From Orbicella franksi (Eukaryota): DNA of 64,000 bases. Positions 25,692 through 39,560 of the stretch are shown in pieces. Location: positions 3,658,001 through 3,722,000 of the forward strand of contig OZ116699.1 in the NCBI GenBank assembly GCA_964199315.1, in the 5' to 3' direction. The first letter of the stretch is position 1, and each line of letters starts with the position of its first letter. The notes beneath the pieces are model-generated. The model made no database searches. It was not told where the DNA came from and saw nothing but the letters and a program-made list of their open reading frames with translations. Position numbers and translations under genes: made by a program.

Positions 25692-28497
25692 CACTCCTGA
25701 ACAGTGGGAAAAAAAAAGAAAAAAAACATTTAGAAAACGGAGAAATGCTTACCACAACGACGGCTGCATAGCTGCCTACAATGCCATGTGTTTTCTTCTG
25801 AGAGCCCTCTGGATGAAAAGTACATGTTCCTTGGCTACTTGAAAATCTCCCCCTTCGAAACTCAATTATTCGAAAGCTCACGATATTTTTTGAAGAATAT
25901 CGAGGCTGAAATTTGCGAAATTTTAAGAATATTTTAAGAAAAAACGCGAGGCTGATCAAAAGAATATAATTTTGTGTGTTGAAAGTTTGTAACTACAATA
26001 CAATTGGTACATGTTTTAGCTAAACCGTATAAAATTTTTCCTTTCTCTAAACGGCAAAACTAGCCAAAAAGCAACAAAAACAGCACTAGCCGTATATATA
26101 AATACAATGATGCAAGAGACCGCGAACGAAAATGCGGCCGGTGTACTTAGGATCCGTATTTTCAATGCTAATAACATTTCTGCAAGAAGTTCTGTACGTC
26201 TCATATCAGGCTTATTACTTTGAAAGTGAAATTACCATGTTCCCTTGTTCGGAAAATCTCTTAAGGTCATTCCCCAGAATTGCATTGCGCATCCTTACTG
26301 CGCATAATTTCACGCGTGATTAGCGCGCGCATTAAAAGATGGCGGCTTTTATTTACAGCTGGACCTCGCCGTAGAGGTAAACCGTCATTTTCTCGCAAAC
26401 GAGTATGGTGACCTATCATTTTTTGTGTTGTTTTGAATTGAGTAATAAATTTCTCTGTGTAAAATAAATATGGACCAATTCTCAGTGTAGAACAAAAAGC
26501 AATCGCCGGAAACGTGAATTTAGCAAGCAATCGTGACTACAATCATAGTGTTATTATAAGGATTTATATGGGTATAAACAAGGTGCTGTTGCTCCTAAAC
26601 GAACATGGGGACCCCTCATTTTTATTTCAGAATTTAAGTTCCTATAATATAAACAATCAATAGGCAAAGTTTCACAAGAATCTCAGTGCAGGTTCTATTT
26701 CAGTGGAATGACCTTAAGAGACTCTCTGATCTTCACGTAAGCTCGTGCATCGATTTAAAAAAAAAACTGGGCTCTTCGTTTGACATGAGGTATGTTTGGC
26801 TTATCCCACTTAACACAAGTAATCAAAGCCCTAATTTCACCAGATTAGTTTATGTTTTCTTTTATCTACCACAGTAATGCTATCCGGTAGGTCACGGTGT
26901 TGAAGAAACGCAATTTCCGGACAGATTTTTCTTCCAAAGTAAATACTGTCCCACTTAGGCCATTCAATCCAGGTATAGTAGATCACGTAACTAGACACAA
27001 CTTTAGCACTGACCAGAGTCTGACGAACAGGTCATACACTAATCTAATCTAAATCTTCGAAATAACGACTTCAAACTGTAGAAAATCTCAAAAGAAACAT
27101 CAGGAGCCCATTACCCTGGAAACACAGGAAAACCAAAAGAATCACGGGTGGGCAAAAGCTAGCTCAAATAAACTTGAAAAACATCGCCCACGTTAATTAT
27201 AAGTTAAACATCATGTACAGTGCTAGGAAATTATCCGTGATTCTGCCAACTGACTGCATCCGGCTTTGCCAACTTTTGAAGTTAAGTTTATGGCTTGATA
27301 AACTTGATAAATAAATCCTCGGTGTTTAGCCTCAGGGCTTGGGTAAGGTTAGGTTAGGGATATTTAGCTCCTCCTAGAGTTATTTAGAACCACGAACGAA
27401 ATACAGACAGTGGAATTTTCGGACCGTAATTATAAACTTTTTGCGCTCAGGTTTTGGCTTGAAATGTAAGGCGCAGTGAAATGGCCCTGCTAGGATAATT
27501 GGCAATGAAACAGGGACACAGAAGAAAGGAAAAAATGAAAGAGAAAACCACAGAATCTCCTCCCATATACAATCCTCTATGAGTAAATAAATACATCGAT
27601 CTTTCAGATCCAAACTTTCGCTTCGGTCGGCACAGTTAACATGCAGCAAAAGGCTTCAGTAAAAAAGGAACATGTGTCCTTGAATGGAAAAGTAGTTGGT
27701 TTGATCATGAATACAGGGTTTGGCCGATAGGACGGAAATTTGCGTGGACCTTTCGCCACGATCTAATTGCACTCTCGCCGGGCCGCTAGAAAATGGACGG
27801 AAATTTAATCTTGGGTCCACAATTCATCAAACAATAACAGCGTATTCAATCGTACAAAATAGCAGGTGCCCTTTCTATATCTCTTTCAAAAAAAATCGAC
27901 AACGGCATATTTTGCATGTGTTGTATGAACGAGACTTAATTCACACAATCGTAGCCAACTAAAGGTGACATTATATAGTCGTACATAATCGATCGTGCAC
28001 AAACCTAGATCTTATATATGCAAGGATATCGATTCTGACATGCAAAAGTCTTTTTCACCTTCACCACTAATACTCTAACAAAGGGCAATCAACACATACA
28101 AAAACTGAAATCTTCGTGACCAGTACTACGGACAAGGTCGTTATGCACTGAAGTTTACCCGGCCCTCTGCAGTGAAGGCTGAGCCCAACTAATTACAACA
28201 CTTGAGATGAAAACTAGATAAGACAGCATCTACGCATGTCGTGTAAAATCACGAAGGCAAAGTTCAAATTTGACGATGCACTGCACGGAAACGAAAACAA
28301 GCTACACTTACCTAATGCTCACTTGAGTCCGTGAGAGAGGGCTGTGCCGTAAATTTAAGCTCCTTGAGATCTACGAAATGTTGTTAAAACTCCTCTTTAC
28401 CGGTAGGTACAACTCCCAAAAGATTCTAGTACATGCCTCAGACATAAACTGGGATATTAAATCGAACAACGCTTTCGTAGGCTGGCTAAAGCCGGAT

Positions 28498-28970
28498 CCC
28501 GGGGGGGGGGGGGGGTTACTTCGAGAAAAATTGGGTGGGGGTGTGCGGCCCGCTTCCCAAAACCCTTACCCTATTTATGACCAAAATCTGCGATATTCCC
28601 TACCTTAGTTATGACCTAAGCATAAATTCGAAACCCTATTTATGACCAGACCCTTAAATCAAAACCGTGTTTCTGACCTGCATTACAATTAGTTCCCTAG
28701 TTCAGACCAATGTTAAATTACCGTAAACATAATTTGTGAAGGGCTTCTGTTGATTTTCTCTTTCGATAACTAAGAAAAAGTGGCTTCCTCTCAAAAACAC
28801 ACCATATCAAGGCTAGAGTGCAAAAACCGTACCCTATTTATGACCAAAATGGTTAAAATCAGCTAAAATCGATATCCTATTTATGACCAAAACGGCTGAA
28901 AAACCATACCCTTTGGGGCCGCAGATACCTATATAGCCCATATAAGGGAGTAGCCCCCCCCCCCCCCCCG
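28498..28970. mobile_element. MITE with CCCGGGGG...CCCCCG ends; shorter inverted copies at 42378-42626 and 54412-54659
   Basis: Shared internal blocks in reverse complement (tgtgcggcccgcttcccaaaac, ccctatttatgacc, gctatatagg). Confidence 0.75.
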
Positions 28971-30723
28971 AAGCAGATATACGATACATCACTCAATTAA
29001 AACGTAAACCGCAAACGACCCAAAATAACTCAATCTGTCAGTCCCAGTGATGATCATCTTGTTGTGGCGGTCACGACAAAAGGTATATTGTAAAAGCTGG
29101 ATTGGATTGGATTTGTAAAACATGGATTGGATTCGTAAATTTGGATTGGTAGAACATGGATTTGTAACACACGGTAACAATATAAAACTTTGTGTTCAAA
29201 TAATTACGAGTCTCATTTTTGCCGAGATCTCTATCACGCCACTGATGCTTGAGCCCAAGTCGCCTGAGGGAAATGTGTCAAATACTGTTAAAAGTCAGGC
29301 GTTCCTTTTTCTTGGCGAACTTATTCGTCGCCTTGTCAAGACAATGCCCAACAATGCCCAGTGTCCAACAATGTCTGACACTGTCTGGGAGAGAGTTGAA
29401 TGATTGAGCAGCCATCGATTTAAAAAATAGAGGGGAAACGGTGGGGGAGGGGGCAAAGGGGTGGAAGCCCGGGAGAATAGGGGACGGGCCGGGAAGCGGG
29501 AGAGGAAAGGGTGGGAAGTCTCAGGGCAGGAGTAATAAGGAGTTCTAAAAAGGCGGGAATCATTTGTTAAGCAGTTAAAATACTTTCAAAAACGAGAACC
29601 TAAAATGTTATTAGGCTTAAATTTAGCTTACTCTGAGACTTCTGAGTCAGGAGGGAGGGGGTGAGTCTATTGTTTTCTGGTATTGATTCGTGACCGACTC
29701 ATCGCTGCCAGTGTGACGTCACATAGCAACGAGTGAGCGCTTCGAGTAACCTATTCAGATTACGCTATTGAAGAAGGACAACAGAGGTTAAGAAAGCACA
29801 CTGGCAGTGATGACTCAACCAATGTTTTGCTTAGAGAAGCCTCCTCCCTCCCGCTTTTCAAGGGAAGAAAAAACTCGCCCTTGGGCTGAAAAAACTGAGG
29901 CTTACTTCCAGTTAAATTTGGTGGTAAACGTCATAGGTCATCAGTTGTTGTCACTTAAGCTGTCAGAAGACGTGAGTATGAGGAGCAAGGCTGAGAACAA
30001 AGGAAAAGGAAAAGGAAACGCCTAAGGATAGTGCAGCTAAATGACAAGGATGTGTTTTGCGTCTCCTTCTTTACAGAGGACGGGAGCAAGACGGGCGAGG
30101 GAGGTTCTGACCCCTCCTGTTTCCCCCTCCCACGAAACAGATTGGTGCAGATTGTAAGAACATGTTTCTGACAGCCCTCGTCGTACAATTCTTTTCGCGT
30201 CATCTTAAAAGACATCAGGCTCGATGAGAGAGCGGCGGAAATCGAGCCTAAAAAGACATTTAATTAAATCAGTAAGTATAAGTACGTATTATATTATCCG
30301 TTTTTTGGTAGCACTTGCAGTCGCATAATTTGTGTTTGGGTGGCGTTCAACGTTTGTAACGTCCATTCACCCTGAAGGAGGCTGGTCTATCCTGTCGAAA
30401 TATAGGTGTAAAGGGAAAAAATGTGTGTCATCTTCATTTGTGACTGAGTATACGTGTATTGAAGGGGATAAAGCTGGAAATGTTTTTATGGTGAGAGTGA
30501 AGCATTGCACACATGAAAGATTACTACAAAGCAGTCATGACGGGCACCACTACAACTGGCTGAATACATCAATGAGTACATGAATGGCCTTTTTGGTAAA
30601 TAACCTATTACCCTCACAAGCCATCACAGCCGGTTCAAACATATGATGTAACCAGAGTTTACTTGCATGTTCATCCTTCACGTGCATATTATATACGACT
30701 TCAGAAGTTGACCAGCTCCAAGT

Positions 30724-30884
30724 TAGCCTTTGAACAGGCTCCGGCTGGAAGACCCCTTCCTGGAAGGGTCTGAGAAGGAATCAGCTGAGAGTGAAGTGGC
30801 CGAGGGGGAATGGGGTCGGGCTATCCTCTTTCCTCCCTCTTTCTCTTCGCCTTATCCTCGAACAGAGAGCCTGTTCACAAGTTA
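30724..30884. mobile_element. MITE with TAGCCT..GAACAGGCTC termini
   Basis: tagcctttgaacaggctc vs the reverse complement of gagcctgttcacaagtta. Confidence 0.6.
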
Positions 30885-32776
30885 GTAGCCCTGAGTCGGC
30901 TTTATAGCCCACTTGCTGCTGAGTAGCACTTACTACGTACACCGGGGTAGTAGGAGTAAAGAACTAACTGATTCGAATCTCGTTCGAGCAGCCTGGAGTT
31001 CTGTTCAGGCATTTTTTTTTTTTCAGGATGTTCAGGCATCCATTTTCACCTGACTGCTTACTTCCGTACATAACTGTGATTTGGGTTTTTTATTTTATTT
31101 ATACTTTTTACTTACAACACTTTCTGTACATACACCCACTTTCCCCAGATTTTACCCACTGTTTCAGTAGAGATTTGGGAACCCTTTTTACTAGGCAATC
31201 CCATACTTTGATTTCACACCTTAAAAAGGCCACAAAGGGTGCTTGCTGTATCTACTGCCTTATAAAAGAAGTTTTTTTTTTTTATCCTGTAGTCAATGAG
31301 CAGTTAATGTGATATCAATACTCTTTGTTGTTGAGTCTGAGGGCAAAGTCCATATTGAAATGAAGCTCTTTATTGAGCAGTGCTTTACAGTGATACTGTT
31401 ATTAATCTTTGCAAGGTGGTTTAACTTCCAATTGCTGAAATCTTAACACTAGAAATGTGATTAACCTAAAACAAACTCGGCCTTATCTACGATATTTACA
31501 TTCAGCGGTTTCTACTTTGCAAAATGTTCACCAACACTGAAATAGGTGTTCTTCTCAACTAAAGTGAGTCCTAAACTCTTAATTAAGTCGCCTTTGCGTT
31601 TCTTTTTAATGACGAAAATTAGTTGTGCCAATACTGCGGTCACTTCCTACTTGTTCTCGCAATGACACAATCAGTTTTCATTTAAATAACGCCTCTTTAG
31701 TCTGACAAATTTGCCTTTGAAAGGCTATTGTTATTTTTAAGAGCTAAATGATCTGTAAATAAATTTCAAATTTTTGTAAGTAAAATCCACCGACAGATAT
31801 TTGCCTGTTGAGCAGGTAGTTAAACTGTGTTTAGACGCCCGGTTAGTCTGAACATAGTTAGTAGAGGTCTAACTATGGTCTGAACTCTGAATAAAGAACG
31901 TTATGAAAGCGCAGTTTTCCGTACTTCAGCTGAATTTTCTTGTCATTGTTTCGGCACCGTCCTTCTTACAGGTGACTTTCTATGTGGCGTGTCTTTTGAA
32001 AGAAAAGCCACCAGTTGTCACACGAGCTGAAGTAACTCGTTTACGAATTCGTGTATTTCAGTTGCATACATTTTTAATACAATTAAGTTCCAACGAATCT
32101 CTTTTTTTTTTTTTTACTTAAGTCTCTCTACTTTCGCCGAGTTGTGAATCGCGCAATGCGATTTTATTTTAAAACATGCACTGAGCTATAATTGGTATAT
32201 AGCGCCCCTTTCTTTAAGCGTCGCCTGGTAATTCAGACTGCCGTGAAAAATCTTGAATTTGCTATCACAACTTTACTCAGCTTGCAACTGTTAGTTGAGC
32301 AAAGTGTTACTTAATACATGTTGCACTATTTTAGCGGAGCCAATTGGTTGTAAAAAATATGTATCAATTTATCGCACATTACTTATACGGTTAGAGGTCA
32401 TATCTTGTTGATTCCTTGAGGGTAATTCTATACAATTCAGTATCTAGTTCTTTCAGCTGAGAGGAATAAAATTCCGCTCTCCAAGGTAACTAAACGTGTT
32501 ATTTTCTACACAGTAAAGACATTTGAACGACGGAAATGTGATATTTGCGAGTTGTAAGTATGACATGTACATAAACTGGCATAAATTAATACATCGAAAA
32601 AATTTGCAAAGTTCCTTTAAATATAAGTCTACAGTCTGGCACGTATAATGACCGGATTAAGGCATTTTAAGGCAAAGAAGGGGCTGATAATCCTAGTTAC
32701 ATAAAGACGTATTGTTAGTTATCGTTTAACCTCACTAGGCACGTGAAAAAAGATCAATCTATACTACTTGACTTAC

Positions 32777-33120
32777 TGTATGTCTGCATTCTGTGGAAGT
32801 GCCTGCTGTTGTTTTCTCTCGCGAGCTGTATGGCACAGATGTACCGTTGTTTCGTCTTCGGTCCTCAAGCTCCTTTAGTTTAGTGGCCATAGATGTGGGG
32901 GTGTCTTGTTTGGCAGATGGGCTGCTAATGCGGCCAATTCGAAGCTTGTCTCAACTCCGACAGGAGAGATTCTGTGGAGAAAGGCGATTTAAATGGCTTC
33001 TTCACCTGCAGTTGTGTTTAGAACTGAGGTTCGTAAGTTTGTGGATAACTCAGGCATGGTGTAGACCTCGGATGACAGCTGGAAATAGCTGAAGCGATGC
33101 TCTGCATTGTACGGCTGCAT
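32777..33120 (-). pseudogene. Candidate decayed paralogue of Not exon 1
   Basis: Starts MQPY like the Not gene. It has FSTESLLS 139 nt after the ATG (Not has FTIESLLS 153 nt after) and a GTAAGT donor giving a 344-nt exon (Not: 382 nt). Stops and frameshifts are present. Confidence 0.45.
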
Positions 33121-33653
33121 CTTTTTCATCCAACTGCTCAAGACGTGTGTTTCTAGAAAGTGGCAACTGCTACCTTTTTTATTTCTTATTTGGAATAAAT
33201 TATTTTCAGTTGTATATGTTATGACCAAGCGGGTGTGTCTATTAAGAACACTTCGTTACTATAGAAAACATAGAGAGAACATTTCGGAATTCGGACGGTG
33301 AGAAATTGGCCGGTACTTCTTACAACCCAGAACTTGAATTGTCGGTTGTTACATCATACGTTTAAGCTTACGTTCTCAAAAGAGAGATCTTGAAATTGCT
33401 GCAACACCTAGGGACCCTGCAGAAATAAGCCGTACTAATTAACAAAAATACCAATCCCCTTTGATTTTAGCTTCTCACAGTGGAGTCAATACTGAAGTCA
33501 AGCAAACGGGGAGTCATGCAGGAAAAAATGCTGATTCCGATAAAATCGGAATAGTCTTATGTTATTGCCAAATTCTCTTCGTTGCCACCAGTCATTGAGC
33601 AAAACCATTAAGGAGAATTGACAGAAGAAGGATGATATTTCTAAGAGGCTCTT

Positions 33654-33826
33654 CATATGAGTCCGGTAACCCGAGCCTGGCTCCGGCGGTTACCGAAGCG
33701 AATTTTCTTGTCTGTTCACATGAGAAATTTCAGCCCGGTCGACAAACAAAACCAAACTGGTGGAACACAAACTCGTTCGCGATTATCGTAACCGAGCCAG
33801 CCGGGTCGGGTTACCGGGCTCATATG
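33654..33826. repeat. Inverted-repeat (MITE-like) element
   Basis: catatgagtccggtaacccga pairs with tcgggttaccgggctcatatg. Confidence 0.7.
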
Positions 33827-36148
33827 GTTGGAAAAGGAACCCCAGTAGCCAACAAAACTTTTCTTCTTCAAGAACACCAAAAACACTTCACTTTGCCCAA
33901 GTTCAATTCTTCAGTGTGAAAACAATGTTTATTGAATTTAGGATCTGCGAATTTCACTAGCACCGATGCATTCAAGTTGTTTGTGAGTTTCCCCCTTCAT
34001 AAATCTAAACAACAGACAGGTAAAGAGGCCCAGAGCACAATTCTCGTAGAAGTCGAAAGGTTTATTTTCCTAGGCAACCTCATGACAAGAAAATGTTTGC
34101 GGAGACCTAGAGTGAGACTGACACCTTCTTCAGCTTAAACTTTGTAAAACAATATTTCCATGATAGATATTGTTTGTTCAATTTATACGTTATACGTTAA
34201 GTTATGCCCGATACGTACACGTCTATTAATGGTGCTTTCTTATACGCAACTTGGAGAAAACCATTAATATTAAAAATAAGAAATGAACCGCGGGTATTGA
34301 TGAAAAGTTATGTTCAGTTTAGACTAATTAATTATAATTTATTTATTCATGGTGCACGTGAATTTTATTTATGTGGCAAAATCGCCTGATTGTAAGCCTG
34401 GATAGCGGGTGACATCAATTTTATCAGGTCTAGCTTTTCGAGCTGTCGTTTCGATGACATTTCTTTGGATTTTTCTGTAAGCAATTGATGACGTTATATT
34501 TCTTTAGAGTGTTGTCATATGATTTTGCATCGGCTCGTCTTTTTAAAATCTTCTTTTCTCTAGTTCTCTCTCATTCAGACAGATTTAACGCGCCACTGAT
34601 CATAAGGTGTTACCTGCTATTTTGGGCGCAGCCACCCATTTCATCTGTTTATTTCTATTAAGACTGGTTAATAAAAGCAACCAGTGATCGAGACCCAAAT
34701 GTTCCGCTTTTTGCATGCCTAACCAGCGTCAACTTTTTCCATCTCTTGGCGCGATATCGATCAAAATGTATCCAAGTTTTACGACTATAATAACCTTTTC
34801 GATCTGTTTGACCATAGTTAGTCCTAACTATGGTTTGACGTGTGACCGACAAAAGGGACTTGAGCATATCACTATGGCAACGACAACGTGGAGGTCACCA
34901 AACAAATTAAAAGCTTAATGAGCCTCGACTTTGCGTGCACGTACGTTGTAATCTTTTCACATTTCGTAGCCGTCCATTCTGGATCAGTCTGCAAAACTCG
35001 GCAACAACTTGAAATGATCATATCAAGTCTGGGCATTTCGGATAATGTGTTTGGAATTGATCGCTGGCTTGCATATTTAGTTTGAGCAGGGTTTCAGACC
35101 GATAGGCATACTGAACTAGATCTGGTAAATTCTAACATAAAATTTAAGAAAAAGAAAATACATAATACGGTTGTAAATAAATACTGTAGATTAAAACTTT
35201 TCAAACCCAAGTTAAATTTTTTCTGGTTACCAACAACAACATCTCATTCATAAAAATTAAGAACCTAAAAGAACCTACGTAGCCTAAATTGCCAATGAAT
35301 AATATAAGTACCTTTTGTGACAGACTTCAAAAACTGTAGGTTCATACACTCGGGCTTTTCCTGTGTCACGTGTAGAAATCGAGAGAGAATAATCTAATTG
35401 TTTTAGTATGAATCTACTAGTCGTTCAGAAAATGTAAGGAAGCGGCCGCCATTTTGTTGACAACCGCTCACTGTTAGGCTATCTACAACAGGATAGATAG
35501 TAAGCAACGAAGCCAATCAGAGAACAGCATTCGTGATAGACCGCTAGTAGATTTATACTAAACGAAAAGAGTCTGGCGCAGTTTTTGTGTTTCCTGAGAC
35601 GAAATAACATACACAAAATGTCTTTTCCCCAAGGTGAGCGCCTAAGCGAGTACGCCGATCGAAAGGTACTGCGAAAAATAGACAAACTGAAACTGCTGAA
35701 AGAAAATGATGTGGAGGACGAGCTATGAGCCCAATGGAGAGCACCGCCAGGAACCAGCGACCACAAGAACTCTTGGAGACGTGACCTGCACTGAGACAAG
35801 TCAGAAGAATTCGTCATCTATCTCCTTGTTGGTTCTCTTCGGTTTACTATTGCTATCGTTTCGATAAAACAAAAAGTTTCGATATCGATAACTGGTGTAT
35901 TAAGAAGTATTTCTGCAATGCAATTGTTCACGGCATTTACTCGTCAAACATGGTAGTGTTTAATGGTCAAGTATAAACGGACTTGATTTTATTTACGTCA
36001 GTGAATAATGAGGGTGATTTATGTGTGAAAAGGTATACTCAGCTAAATGAACTTCTTATCCCGTTTCTGTGAGTCACACTGGACAACAATTAACTAATTT
36101 CGAAATTCGCCTGGAACAATTTCTTCTTCTGAAATTCATGATCAGCAA

Positions 36149-37611
36149 TCAAGGGCAGCTGGTTTCCGTCTGTATGTTCGCACCTGGTTCCTTCTGATGT
36201 CTAACTTTGGTCCTCTGTTGTTCAATTAGCTGCTTCCTCCATTTAATTCTTCGATTTTGAAACCAAACTTTGACTTGCGTCTCAGTCAAACCCAACTCTT
36301 TGGAGAGATAGAACCGCTGACCTCCCACCATGTACTGTTGGCGCGTAAACTCTCGTTCCAGGCGCTCGAGTTGCTCGACGGTAAAGATGGTACGCATGCG
36401 CTTTGGCTTCTCGCTGGACCAGTCTGTTTCTTCGCCGCGTGCAAGGAAAGTTCCTGTAGCGCGAATCAAGAAAAGCAATTAAACAAAATCTAATCATTCA
36501 ATTGCAAATTGATTATTAACGCACGCAGGAAGGGAAACATCCTATCAATAAACACAATTCAATTAGTAGCGCATTAGATTTGTTTAACAAAACCTTAGAT
36601 TGCACCGAAACTGGCAACGCATAACAAAACAGTGTTTCCAAGGCGGTTCACCGTCCAAGCAGTATCAAATATGTATAAACCGATAAATGACAGCCCTTTG
36701 AAACGATGATTAAATTCTAATTTCATCACTTGATTACCAACACCGTTGACCGAAATTATGTGATTTTTTTGTTTTTCGTTTTTACTGTCTTTGATTTTAA
36801 AAGCTTGAATTTGAAATTTCCTTCGCTTTACAAAAGCATAGCTTGGCTAAATTTATGAAAATGACGGTAGAACTTATTAACGAAGTGGCAAAATAGATCC
36901 TGCCAAACTGTAAGAGGAAAACGTTTAGAAAAATAAACTTATGATTCAAACTTGTTTTCTTTCCCTAACACAGGGACTCAATTTTCTAAAAATGGAGTTG
37001 AAACTACTGTTAATGTGTTCGATCTCTTATTCCAAAATTTGCGAGCCTTCATTTTGCAGCTTTCCACATTTCTACAGTATTCTGGCTATAGACAAAGGAT
37101 TCCTCAATATTTTAAACAAAGAAAAAACACTGCAAAAAAATCATTTTGATATGTGGCTTTGTCTCTGGCTAATCGAGAATTCTTTTCGTGTCCTCGAGAG
37201 TTATTCCGCGTAAATAATTTTTAACCTACCGTTGGTTTGAATATTTCCCCTGGCTATCAAGGACACCTGTTCAAAACCAAACCCTGGCCGTCGAAAATTT
37301 GTCGGGTATCCTGAGCCGTGAATTAGTTCTGATGGTCTGTCGTGTGCAAACTGCCCATTGCCACTTGAAACCAAAGCCATGGAAGCTCGCCCTAAGCATG
37401 GCTTGACATCCGTAGTCTTTCGTTCGTCCTTTCGGCTTAGCAATGATTCGATTGTGAACGAGGGCCTTCGAACCTCCTCATCAGGAACTTGAGGGGACAA
37501 CTCGTTCCGATTCGTATCACGAGAGATACAATTTTCACAAGAACACTGCTGGCAGTCAGACCAATAAATGGGCATAATGTGATTCGAAGTCACGTTTCTA
37601 TACGGTTGCAT
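36149..37611 (-). CDS. not: Not-class (NKL/ANTP) homeobox transcription factor; 2 exons, 228 aa
   Basis: Exon 1 37611-37230 has the eh1 motif SFTIESLLS and a phase-1 donor GTAGGT. Exon 2 36453-36149 has the matching phase-1 acceptor TACAG. Homeodomain [59 protein letters not shown]; QQYMVG and RRIKWRK are Not-family signatures. AATAAA lies at 35993-35988. Confidence 0.9.
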
Positions 37612-39107
37612 TATTTCCAGTTTGGGTTTTTCCCGGGCAATAGTACGCGAGTGACTTTGTTTTGTTCAGCTTTGACTTTACAGTGAATTTTAACCCGCGC
37701 TTCCTTTCAATGATTTTCACCTTCCCAAATGAGTAATCCGTATATACCGCCTCGCAACATTATTAAATATTGTGCGCACTTTATGGGGAAATGATACAAT
37801 TCATGATTCATTTTAATCTAATTAATCTGTAGGCATGCTGGTTTATGAAATACTTCAGAGGAAATCGTTTGTAATTACCTGCGCCCCTGTCAAATTACGC
37901 GCCCGTTAATGTGATAAGAATTGAGGAAAAAATACGACATCGTTGGTAAAGACTAATAGCAACATGTATGAAAAAAATAACCAAAAATATCTCAGTTGAG
38001 GTTACATTCCCGTTTGGGCTGCAAAGATTCAGCATTTTAAGAACGATATGATCGCTTATCGTCGTATGGGGTACTAATGTGAGGTCCTAATTAAAAACGA
38101 ACAAAATAGAAAACTTGAAAGTTAGTGACAGCACCCCCTTATCAATCGACCGACTTTGAATTGAAAAAAAAAACCCAACGGAAGAAACTTTGTCAAAGAT
38201 TCTTTTTTCATTTTATTGATATAGAATGTTAACTAAGAAATTTCTCTTGGTTTGGTTAATTTTGTAATATTTATCTTAAGTCTGATATTTCAATGACACA
38301 CAATTAACGAGTTTCAGCGTCCGATCAGAGGCAAAAATTCACTCGCTTTACATTGGTAATCTTTTATTATGTTTAAATCGCCGGTAGGTAGTAAATTAAT
38401 CTAAACCGCAGGTTGTACGAAAACTTAATAAAAGCTTTCCTATTTAAGTACAGAGGAAGAACTTTCAATTACTTCGTTAACGAGTTTGTTTACATCAGAA
38501 CAAAAATTGTACAGCTGAAAAAAAAACAACAAATCAATTAAATATATTTCTTTTTTGCTTCGGAAAACAAATTAACCGATTAAAGTTTGTTCGGGGAACG
38601 ATAGTCAATACCTATGGGGAGTATTGGCAATAACAATAACAAAATTCGGTTTCTTTAATTTCAAAAAAAAAAAACGATTTTCGTTCTCGTGACTAAAAGA
38701 AATGAAACATTGTCGAATTTTTGTTTATGGTAACTATCGATAATTTTAACTATTATGTAAATGTGGCTATTTCACAATTTATTAGTCAGACGAACATTAG
38801 TAGAAATTATAAATTTTATTATTGATTTTTTTTTTTTTATAATGAGCACTATTTGCCTCAGATTTGAGGCCACTTGATTTCAATTAACACATGCGTTAAC
38901 TGTTATCTGTTCTTGAAGGGCGCTTGAAATATAACTGATCAACAACCGGAACTTAAACATTTAATTGTTGTTAAGAAAATCATTCAGTAAACAGGAATAA
39001 GTAACGTGTTCTTTCGATTGCTGTTTGGCTAGTGTTTATCAGGGAAAAAGTCGTCGATGTGCAAATATTACCCAGTTATAAAAGAAAGGGTTTTGCAGAT
39101 GGGAGAA

Positions 39108-39560
39108 GAAATCAATCAATCAATCAATCAATCAATCAGTCAATCGATTCAATCGATGAAACGAAGAACGAACGAATTGGAAAGGTAATGTAACGAACGA
39201 ACGAAAGAGCAAAAAAAAATGAAAAAATGAAAAAATTAAAAAAACGAAAGAACGAAAAAAAGAACGAACGAATGAATTAAACAAACGAACGACTGAACGA
39301 GCTAAAAAACTCAACTGAAGACGAATGAATAATCAAAAGCACAAAGGTACGAACAAACGATCCCTGAAAGAACTAAAAAGCAAACGGACGAACGAACGAA
39401 CGATAGAACTAACTGAGCAACGAACGAAACAACAAAAGAACGAAGATGGAAAATGACGAGCAAAAGAACGAAAGAACGAACGAATCAGGAAGAACGAACG
39501 GCAAGACAGAAAAAGAGCAAATGTTCAAAAGAACAAGCAAACGAAAGGACGAACGAGTAA
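39108..39560. repeat. Low-complexity (AATC)n then (AACG/AAAG)n purine-rich tract
   Basis: Direct reading. Confidence 0.85.

Noticed and set aside
29415-29540. G-rich tract with G-quadruplex potential
   Set aside because: It has no link to any gene feature and is likely part of a repeat, so nothing testable follows from sequence alone.
29600-30600. Several 70-90 aa ORFs between copy B and Not
   Set aside because: No recognisable domain, no consistent splice structure, and no TIRs could be paired.
37261-37270. Alternative Not exon 1 donor (CAG|GTGTCC at 37267)
   Set aside because: It is phase 0 and does not match the phase-1 acceptor at 36453. The GTAGGT donor at 37230 fits.
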